Assembly (NCBI GenBank): GCA_964646855.1
Contig: CAZYHQ010000002.1
Span: 9,127 to 73,126, forward strand
Source of the DNA: an uncultured archaeon
GTDB taxonomy: Archaea; Aenigmatarchaeota; Aenigmatarchaeia; CG10238-14; SCSR01
DNA: 64,000 nucleotides
Direction: 5' to 3'
The notes below the pieces were generated by a model. It was not told the origin of the DNA. It was given only the letters and a program-made list of their open reading frames with translations, and made no database searches. The translations under genes and the position numbers were made by a program. Shown in pieces: positions 32,678-39,295 of this stretch; positions within the stretch are counted from its first letter, which is position 1; each line of letters begins with the position of its first letter.

Positions 32678-33367
32678 ATGCAAAAGGTCGCAATCTGTTC
32701 TACAGGCAATAAAAAGTTTCTGTCCTCCGAACTTAGAAAAGCCGGGTTTAAAATTGTAGACGAAAAACCTGATTGGGTATTATCCTATGGAGGGGACGGA
32801 ACAATACTCTATGCCGAGCGCAAATTTCCCGGTGTGCCCAAGCTGGCAGTAAAGAACACAAAAATCTGCCACCGCTGTGAAATAAAATCAGACGGATTGA
32901 AAGGCCCGCTTGCCAGCATCAAGTCGCACAATTACACGATCACAAAGGAAACTAAACTCGAGGCTGCAGTCGGTAGACAAAAGGTGGTCGCGTTAAACGA
33001 AATCCAAATACACAACAAGCTTCCGACAAGGGCTATAAGATTTTCCATGCAGGTTGACGAAAAAAAGTTTGACGACTTGATCGGAGACGGAGTCATCACT
33101 GCAACTCCTTACGGCTCGACAGCCTACTACCAGTCAACCGGAGGGATTCCTTTTGAAGCAGGCATCGGCATCTCCTTCAATAATTTGTTCTTGAAAAAAG
33201 TTAGCAGTTTTATTGTTAGCGATAATTCTGTGATAAAAATTAAAATCGGGCGCGGGCCAGCTTTGCTGATTGCTGACAACAGCGAAAAATTTATTGAATT
33301 GAAAGACGGGGATGTTGTAGAAGTCAAGAAGTGCGAAGAGAAAGCACAATTTATCAAAATTTACTAA
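32678..33367 (+). CDS. nadK: NAD kinase
   Basis: 229 aa: SYGGDGTILYA (GGDGT), NEI, TPYGSTAY. Confidence 0.8.
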   Translation: MQKVAICSTGNKKFLSSELRKAGFKIVDEKPDWVLSYGGDGTILYAERKFPGVPKLAVKNTKICHRCEIKSDGLKGPLASIKSHNYTITKETKLEAAVGRQKVVALNEIQIHNKLPTRAIRFSMQVDEKKFDDLIGDGVITATPYGSTAYYQSTGGIPFEAGIGISFNNLFLKKVSSFIVSDNSVIKIKIGRGPALLIADNSEKFIELKDGDVVEVKKCEEKAQFIKIY

Positions 33368-33537
33368 AAATCACTTTGGCACGATAGGGCCATTTATGGT
33401 GTCATTTGCGGGCCCTGTTTTTACCGGTCCCTAAAACGACCCGTATTTGACCCTGTCAAATTAAATATAAAAAAGACGTCGGAGGAACTTCCGCTTTTAG
33501 CGAAAGTTTCGAACCCGCGAGCCTTTTTTATTTTTCC

Positions 33538-34200
33538 TTACAATTTTTCTAAAATTTCTGGTAATTCGGTCAATGCAGTTACAATATAACTAGCTCCAGC
33601 TTGTTCAAGACTTTTTGAATCTGTTGTGCCGATCCTGCCAATCCCGACTATACCAAGCCTCTTTGCTAGCTCCATATCGGGTTTTCCGTCACCTACAAAC
33701 ACAACAGTTTTCCTAAAATCTTCTTCTGAAAGATCGTAAATTCTTTTCACATGATCAAAGTGTTCTTCTTTTCTCTTGAAACCGTTCGTGCCAAAATAAT
33801 GGTCCAAATGTTTTTCCAAACCGTGGTGCAATACTCTGCCGTTCAAAATATCTTGTCTGGTATTCGTTGAAATTATCCTTTTGTGACCCGCCAATTTTTC
33901 AAAAGCAGGTTTTATATCAGGAAATATATCAGGAACATTCTTTGCAGCCAATTCAAAAAATTCATTTACAAGTTCTTGAATTTTGTCAGTTGGTTTTCGG
34001 TGTTTTGTTAGCATCATCTCAAATTGTTTTCCCAACGGAATTCCTGCTGATGAGTTATACAAAATTGAGCTATCCTCTCTCGGAATTCCAAATTTTCTTT
34101 CCAGTTGACCCGAAAATATCTCGGTATAAATTGGCATGGAGTTGAAGATTGTTCCGTCTGCATCAAATACAACAATTAAAACTCCAGTCATGACAATCAA
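33538..34200 (-). CDS. HAD-superfamily hydrolase
   Basis: 220 aa: VFDADGTIF (DxDxT), STNT, GDGKPD. Confidence 0.85.
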   Translation of the reverse strand: MIVMTGVLIVVFDADGTIFNSMPIYTEIFSGQLERKFGIPREDSSILYNSSAGIPLGKQFEMMLTKHRKPTDKIQELVNEFFELAAKNVPDIFPDIKPAFEKLAGHKRIISTNTRQDILNGRVLHHGLEKHLDHYFGTNGFKRKEEHFDHVKRIYDLSEEDFRKTVVFVGDGKPDMELAKRLGIVGIGRIGTTDSKSLEQAGASYIVTALTELPEILEKL

Positions 34201-35096
34201 CCAGGCGCTTTATACGGATTTTCCTCAACTATTTTGAAGCCAAGCTCATTCAACTGGCTCACCAAATCATCGTGCCATTTTCTGCCAAATCTCAATCTGC
34301 CATGCAACAGAGTAGCCCCGATTCCATTACCTACAAAATTAGACGCATCATTTAAAACAAAATCGTGCAAAACTTTTTCATCAAGCTGCTTCGGAATTAG
34401 TCTTTCGCTTTCTTCTTCAGCCGTTAAGTTTTTTGCTACTTGATATTTTTCTCTCACCTGCTCCGAAGTTTTCGGTGTGTTCATGATGAAAACTAACGCC
34501 GGGTTCCAAGACTCCATCCTGTCTCTAACAACTCCTATCAGTGAAACGTCAGTCTCGTGCATGTCTTTGCTATCAAAACCAACCTCTTTGTTTGCTCTCT
34601 GGTACAAACCTTCAATAGGAGTTTGCATCTTTCCGCTACATTCGTAATCTTCCAAATTTCCAGCAGGAAGCTGAATAATTTTACCTGGCACTTGGACTGA
34701 CTTGCCTCTAACTTCGTAAATAGTTTGATAGTCTGACGTTTCGATTATGCCGATGAAACCAATGGCTGCAACATACTTGGCAAGCGTTTCTCGCCCGCCT
34801 TCGTCTAGTCTTTTAGGTACTTTTCTTGCTCCAAAAAGCGTTTTCATATCACTCAAGTTGTAACCAATCTTAAGATGGCCGGGGGCATACTCGAGATTTT
34901 GCAAATTAGCAACCCATGTGTTTTTTCTCGGTTTTTCAGCACCGACCTCCGCTTCAACCCAATCGGGCAATCCTGGAACCTTCTGATAAGGAAAGTCTAC
35001 TTTGTGCAGGCTTGTAAAAAACGGATTCAACGCAAATTCTATCTGGTCCTGTTTTATTGGAGCCTCAAAATACTCGATTATATCTATTCTGTTCAT
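34197..35096 (-). CDS. Hypothetical protein
   Basis: 299-aa ORF overlapping the HAD gene start by 4 nt. No confident motif was found, and a Nudix-like resemblance is too weak to call. Confidence 0.5.
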   Translation of the reverse strand: MNRIDIIEYFEAPIKQDQIEFALNPFFTSLHKVDFPYQKVPGLPDWVEAEVGAEKPRKNTWVANLQNLEYAPGHLKIGYNLSDMKTLFGARKVPKRLDEGGRETLAKYVAAIGFIGIIETSDYQTIYEVRGKSVQVPGKIIQLPAGNLEDYECSGKMQTPIEGLYQRANKEVGFDSKDMHETDVSLIGVVRDRMESWNPALVFIMNTPKTSEQVREKYQVAKNLTAEEESERLIPKQLDEKVLHDFVLNDASNFVGNGIGATLLHGRLRFGRKWHDDLVSQLNELGFKIVEENPYKAPG

Positions 35097-35207
35097 TAAA
35101 ATCTATAAACAACTTAAAAATTAAAGATTTAAAACTTGTTATGGGATGGGCGAATTATCAAAGAATTCAGTTTGAAATAATATTTATTCACAACTCCAAA
35201 AGATATT

Positions 35208-36209
35208 ATGGCTGAAATTTTAAACGGTATAGTTCTTGCTTTGTTGGCCGGGTTATTTCAAGGAACATGGGCTCTTTTCTTAAAATACACTGGCCCGTGG
35301 AAATGGGAAAATTTTTGGAGCGTATATTCCGTTGTAGCATTAATCGCATTTCCCGTGCTTTGGACAGCGGTAGCAGTTCCAAATTTTGTTGCGATATTAT
35401 TTTCTGTATCCAGCGTAGATCTGTTGGTGCCTTTGATTTTCGGCTCAATATGGGGAATCAGTAGCGTACTCTTTGGGCTCTCGGTCGTACGACTTGGATT
35501 GTCACTCACCTATAGTGTTGTTGTTGGAATGAGCGCCTTAATCGGCACAGTTTCTCCGTTGTTCATCAATGGAATTTTCCCCGCAGGCAATGTGTTAATT
35601 GCTTTCGTAGCTGGTTTATTGGCGATGTTGCTAGGAATAATATTGAGCGGCTATTCTGGCTATGTTAAGGAAAAAAAATTCAGCAAAGTCCAAAAAACAA
35701 CTTCGAAAGCATACCTGCACGGATTGTTAATAGCTATAGCTGCAGGATTCATGTCACCTATGCTGAACGTAGGGTTTGTCTACGGCAACCAAATCAGTGA
35801 AACTGCAATAAAGTTCGGTGCTTCGATAAACGATGCTACTTTACCTGTTTGGATTATAGTACTTCTTGGCGGCTTCGTACCAAACATTTTTTATGCAGTT
35901 TATCGACTTTTCAAAAACAACACGCTAAAATTATTTTTATCCACCAAACCAAAAGCAGCGTTGAGTGCAACGGTTGCCGGATTACTTTGGTTCGGTGCAT
36001 TCGGACTATTTGGAATATCCACAGTACTTCTCGGAAATTTGGGGGCATCAGTCGGATGGGCCATTTTAATGGGCTCGATGATAATCATCAGTAATGGCTG
36101 GGGTATTTTCACGGGCGAATGGAAAGCGGCTAAAAAACCTTTGGCAATTCAACTAGCTAGCATTTTTATTTTGATCGTCGGTATCGTCACACTATCCTCA
36201 ACACTCTAA
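35208..36209 (+). CDS. RhaT-family sugar:proton symporter-like membrane protein
   Basis: 333 aa with about 10 TM helices. The N-terminus GIVLALLAGLFQGTWALFLKYTGPWKWENFWSV...PNF resembles L-rhamnose-H+ transporter RhaT. Confidence 0.7.
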   Translation: MAEILNGIVLALLAGLFQGTWALFLKYTGPWKWENFWSVYSVVALIAFPVLWTAVAVPNFVAILFSVSSVDLLVPLIFGSIWGISSVLFGLSVVRLGLSLTYSVVVGMSALIGTVSPLFINGIFPAGNVLIAFVAGLLAMLLGIILSGYSGYVKEKKFSKVQKTTSKAYLHGLLIAIAAGFMSPMLNVGFVYGNQISETAIKFGASINDATLPVWIIVLLGGFVPNIFYAVYRLFKNNTLKLFLSTKPKAALSATVAGLLWFGAFGLFGISTVLLGNLGASVGWAILMGSMIIISNGWGIFTGEWKAAKKPLAIQLASIFILIVGIVTLSSTL

Positions 36210-36469
36210 ATCAACTGTTCTCCAGTTTCCAGATCAAAAATATGTATGACAGCAACAGGGCAGACTCTTGCTGCTTCCATGTTTGCTTTCAAATCTTCCT
36301 CATCGATTATCAGTTCAAAATTCTTTGTTTTAGGATTTTCAACACCGCCGATTAAAACTGCCTTTTCCAATTCTTCATCCATCTTCCAATGTTTGGGGTT
36401 AGCTACCGCGCACGGTCCGGCATTGATGCAGCCAGCCATGTCGTAAACAATCTTGTATTTCTTGCCCAT
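36206..36469 (-). CDS. Small mono-cluster ferredoxin
   Basis: 87 aa: AGCINAGPCAV ... EAARVCPVAVI, the divergent single [3Fe/4Fe-4S] ferredoxin pattern. Confidence 0.65.
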   Translation of the reverse strand: MGKKYKIVYDMAGCINAGPCAVANPKHWKMDEELEKAVLIGGVENPKTKNFELIIDEEDLKANMEAARVCPVAVIHIFDLETGEQLI

Positions 36470-36473
36470 AGCA

Positions 36474-36554
36474 AACTATTTGCAGTTAAAGTTTTATAAC
36501 GTTTCCGAACCTTCGCTTGAATCCTTTCTTGTACTGTTTATGCTTCTTCTTTTT
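36474..36554. repeat. 81-bp perfect direct repeat, copy 1
   Basis: AACTATTTGCAGTTAAAGTTTTATAACGTTTCCGAACCTTCGCTTGAATCCTTTCTTGTACTGTTTATGCTTCTTCTTTTT is identical to 37574..37654. It begins 5 nt upstream of the ferredoxin ATG. Confidence 0.95.
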
Positions 36555-36590
36555 TCTCTCCGGCATTACTTCGTCAATGTCTAATTCCAT
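36486..36590 (-). CDS. Tentative small basic ORF partly encoded by repeat copy 1
   Basis: 34 aa: MELDIDEVMPERKKKKHKQYKKGFKRRFGNVIKL. The last 23 residues (KKKKHKQYKKGFKRRFGNVIKL plus part of the preceding R codon) lie inside the repeat. Confidence 0.25.
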   Translation of the reverse strand: MELDIDEVMPERKKKKHKQYKKGFKRRFGNVIKL

Positions 36591-36640
36591 TTGTACCACT
36601 AAATCTTAAATATTATAACTACAAGTAATTAATTGATTGC

Positions 36641-37105
36641 GTGCCACTACTGTATAAATTTTTTAATCTAATCGACAAAATCAAACCAGCTAAGACAGCA
36701 TACGCGCACTGTGACATACCATGTGGAATTTACAACAGCTTTCCGTCAATGATGGCAGCACAGACTGTGTTGAAGATGGTCCAAAAAATTAAGGAGCTTA
36801 CCAAAGATCCCGACAAGATGACTGTCAACGATAGAAACAATTTTGTTCGTATGGTTAACGTAAAGGAAGAGCACGCGCAACTCTGCAAAAAAGAAATACT
36901 AATTTTGTGGACTGACTACTTCAAACCCGAACATTTGAAAATGTTTCCAGATTTGCATGAAAAAGTTTGGAATGCATGCAAACTATGCTCGAAGAACAAG
37001 CAGGAAATTAATGAGGGTGTTGCAAATGAGTTAATTGAAGCAGTTCACGAAATCGGTCATATGTGGGAACAAGCTGAAGAGGCTAAAAGGAAAGTTTCTA
37101 AGTGA
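36641..37105 (+). CDS. sodN: Nickel superoxide dismutase precursor
   Basis: 154 aa with a GTG start. A pro-peptide ends ..TAYA, followed by the Ni-hook HCDIPCGIY. ILWTDYFKPEHL matches Streptomyces NiSOD (VLWSDYFKPPHF). Confidence 0.9.
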   Translation: MPLLYKFFNLIDKIKPAKTAYAHCDIPCGIYNSFPSMMAAQTVLKMVQKIKELTKDPDKMTVNDRNNFVRMVNVKEEHAQLCKKEILILWTDYFKPEHLKMFPDLHEKVWNACKLCSKNKQEINEGVANELIEAVHEIGHMWEQAEEAKRKVSK

Positions 37106-37121
37106 TTTTGTGTTTCCCCTG

Positions 37122-37394
37122 ATGCGATTTAAAATTCGAGATGAAAGTATGCTCCCAACTCTAAAGCCAGGAGACTATCTTTTTGTAAATAAATTTTCCA
37201 AAAAACTTTTTACAATGGACATTATCGTTTTTAAACACGATGATAAATTTCTTGTAAAGAGGATTGAAAAAATTTTTGGAGATAAAATTTTCGTGATTGG
37301 TGACAACACATCATCAAGTACTGATAGCCGGACACTTGGTTACATCGATAAAAATTCTGTAGTCGGAAAAGTTCTCATGAAAGCGAGGCAATAA
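37122..37394 (+). CDS. sodX: S26-family signal-peptidase-like NiSOD maturation protease
   Basis: About 90 aa: MRFKIRDESMLPTLKPGDYLFV (catalytic Ser in SMLPT), VKRI, GDNTSSSTDSR. The track ORF (from 37035) overlaps sodN, so ATG 37122 was chosen. Confidence 0.8.
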   Translation: MRFKIRDESMLPTLKPGDYLFVNKFSKKLFTMDIIVFKHDDKFLVKRIEKIFGDKIFVIGDNTSSSTDSRTLGYIDKNSVVGKVLMKARQ

Positions 37395-37398
37395 AACT

Positions 37399-37566
37399 TC
37401 AGACACCTTTGACCAGCACAACTACACCCACAATCCAGAAGAAGCTGTAATTAATTCCAGAATACATAGCAAACATCACGACCCCTGTCAGCACATCAAT
37501 TATTCCAAGTAGGTCGTACTGGAAGCCACTTCCCAGTGCAGCAAGTATAGACCAACCACCTTTTGA
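37399..37566 (-). pseudogene. 5'-truncated paralog of the 101-aa membrane protein gene at 38940..39245
   Basis: Encodes SKGGWSILAALGSGFQYDLLGIIDVLTGVVMFAMYSGINYSFFWIVGVVVLVKGV*, about 70% identical to residues 40-94 of ORF 38940..39245. There is no start codon; the frame is closed by TGA next to repeat copy 2. Confidence 0.75.
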
Positions 37567-37573
37567 TCACATG

Positions 37574-37654
37574 AACTATTTGCAGTTAAAGTTTTATAAC
37601 GTTTCCGAACCTTCGCTTGAATCCTTTCTTGTACTGTTTATGCTTCTTCTTTTT
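37574..37654. repeat. 81-bp perfect direct repeat, copy 2
   Basis: Identical to 36474..36554 and offset by exactly 1100 bp. It abuts the stop codon region of ORF 37660..38256. Confidence 0.95.
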
Positions 37655-37659
37655 AGGCA

Positions 37660-38256
37660 CTATGTCTTCGTTGTTATTTCTAATTGTTGCGGCCCTTCAA
37701 AACTTTCAGAATCACTTGAAGCAATCATTTGTTCTTTTCTAGCCGCCATTTCTTTATCTGAGCTTGATGCTTTTGATGAATGAAAAACACGCACTTTATA
37801 TGCTGTTCCTTGTGAAATTCCCTTCTTTTTTAATTGCCTGCCTACCCATGTCAAATTGTACGGTGATATGTGAAATTTTGAACCCACTGACGTTCGTGCA
37901 ACTGCCTTATTTTCCTCCACATAATTTTTAATTTCTTCCATTTGCCTTTGCAGACCGTAACAATCTGATAATATATCGTGCATTCTTTCCAGAGCCAGCG
38001 TAGCGTATTTTCCTGTTCCTATTCCAGGCTCCTCGCGAACAAGATGCCAGTGAGCGTCTGCGTACTCTGAAAGATTTTTGAACTGGTTGTAATCCGGGGT
38101 GCACCCGAATTTCACCAGAACGTCAGGATTTCTACGCATATATTTACAGAGTGATTTGAGACGTTTAGATGAATGCGCGCCGTTTTTTGTCCTAAAAACA
38201 ACGTAGTCTAAACAAGCTTTTGTATCGAGACTTTCATACATACTTTGCGTCTGCAT
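37660..38256 (-). CDS. Hypothetical protein
   Basis: 198-aa ORF with no recognised family and a Ser-rich C-terminal region. It ends at TAG just before repeat copy 2. Confidence 0.55.
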   Translation of the reverse strand: MQTQSMYESLDTKACLDYVVFRTKNGAHSSKRLKSLCKYMRRNPDVLVKFGCTPDYNQFKNLSEYADAHWHLVREEPGIGTGKYATLALERMHDILSDCYGLQRQMEEIKNYVEENKAVARTSVGSKFHISPYNLTWVGRQLKKKGISQGTAYKVRVFHSSKASSSDKEMAARKEQMIASSDSESFEGPQQLEITTKT

Positions 38257-38276
38257 GAGATATCACATAAAGAATG

Positions 38277-38891
38277 CTACTTGCTGAATCTTTTCTCAAC
38301 GTCGTCCCAATTTACAACATTCCACCATGCCGCCACATAGTCCGCCCTTTTGTTTTGGTACTTCAGATAATAAGCGTGTTCCCATACATCCAAACCTAAG
38401 AGAGGAATCAATTTAAGCGCTCGTGGACTGTCTTGATTAGGCGTTGTAATAAATTCTACTTCGTTGCTTTGCGGATTGAAAACAAGCCAGCCCCAACCGC
38501 TTCCCTGAATAGCTGTCGTATCTTTTGAAAATTTTTCTTTGAAACTTGCAAAATTCTTGAAAGAAGAAATTATAGCATCGGCAATTTTTCCTCCGGGCTC
38601 CCCTCCCCCGTCTGGCTTCATGTTCGTCCAAAATATTCTGTGGTTGTCATACCCTCCTCCATGAAAATTCACAGCTTTTCGTATGCTCTCCGGAACTTTT
38701 GAAATATTTTCGAGGATTTCTTCAATGCTGTTCGCCAGCAACTGTGCTTCTGGACTTTCAAGGGCAATGTTCAGTCCGTTAACATAAGCCTGATGATGTT
38801 TGGTGTGGTGAATTTCCATTGTTCTTGCATCAATATGCGGTTCTAACGCATCATACGCATAAGGCAAGGGAGGCAGTTCATATTTTTTCAT
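38277..38891 (-). CDS. sodA: Fe/Mn superoxide dismutase
   Basis: 204 aa: HHTKHHQAYVN, FNGGG-like HGGGYDNH, DVWEHAYYLKYQNKRADY. Confidence 0.95.
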   Translation of the reverse strand: MKKYELPPLPYAYDALEPHIDARTMEIHHTKHHQAYVNGLNIALESPEAQLLANSIEEILENISKVPESIRKAVNFHGGGYDNHRIFWTNMKPDGGGEPGGKIADAIISSFKNFASFKEKFSKDTTAIQGSGWGWLVFNPQSNEVEFITTPNQDSPRALKLIPLLGLDVWEHAYYLKYQNKRADYVAAWWNVVNWDDVEKRFSK

Positions 38892-38939
38892 AATCCTTTA
38901 TTGAACGAACTGTTTTAAATTCTTTTACGCAGCCGCAGT

Positions 38940-39245
38940 TCACGAGAGTGAAAAAAACGAACTCCACACTCCTTTCAGCAACAGTACTGCTCCAACGACC
39001 CAAAAGAAGCTGAAGCTAATTTCAGAATACATTATGAACATGACAAATCCAGAGAGCACGTCAATAATTCCAGGAATATCAAAATAAAATCCGCTTCCCG
39101 CAGCAGTAAGCACAGACCAGCCGCCTTTTGCCAAGTGGAACAGCGCAAGGTAAAAATAGAACAGCGATCCGAAAATCGGCAGAGAAGGATAAATTATACT
39201 TACTCCTGCGAGGACGTCCATAGCTGACAAAAACATCAAGAGCAT
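38940..39245 (-). CDS. Small polytopic membrane protein (unknown family)
   Basis: 101 aa with about 3 TM helices. A truncated paralog lies at 37399..37566. Confidence 0.55.
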   Translation of the reverse strand: MLLMFLSAMDVLAGVSIIYPSLPIFGSLFYFYLALFHLAKGGWSVLTAAGSGFYFDIPGIIDVLSGFVMFIMYSEISFSFFWVVGAVLLLKGVWSSFFSLS

Positions 39246-39295
39246 TTTGATTTTGATTCACCAAAAATTTTATGCAAAAAATCTAAAAAAATCTT

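Noticed and set aside
33470-33535. A tRNA-like GTTTCGAACCC motif suggesting a tRNA or tRNA fragment
   Set aside because: No acceptor stem, D arm or anticodon arm could be built on either strand. The flanks of the motif are not complementary as a T stem.
37035-37121. Track start for the sodX ORF, which overlaps the last 71 nt of sodN
   Set aside because: The overlapping part (MKQFTKSVICGNKLKRLKGKFLSDFVFPL) has no S26 peptidase similarity. Homology begins at MRFKIRDESMLPT (ATG 37122).
36474-37654. A transposon or IS element as the explanation for the 81-bp direct repeats
   Set aside because: There is no transposase or integrase ORF and no terminal inverted repeats. In addition, 81 bp is far longer than typical target-site duplications. 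A homology-mediated integration or duplication is more consistent.
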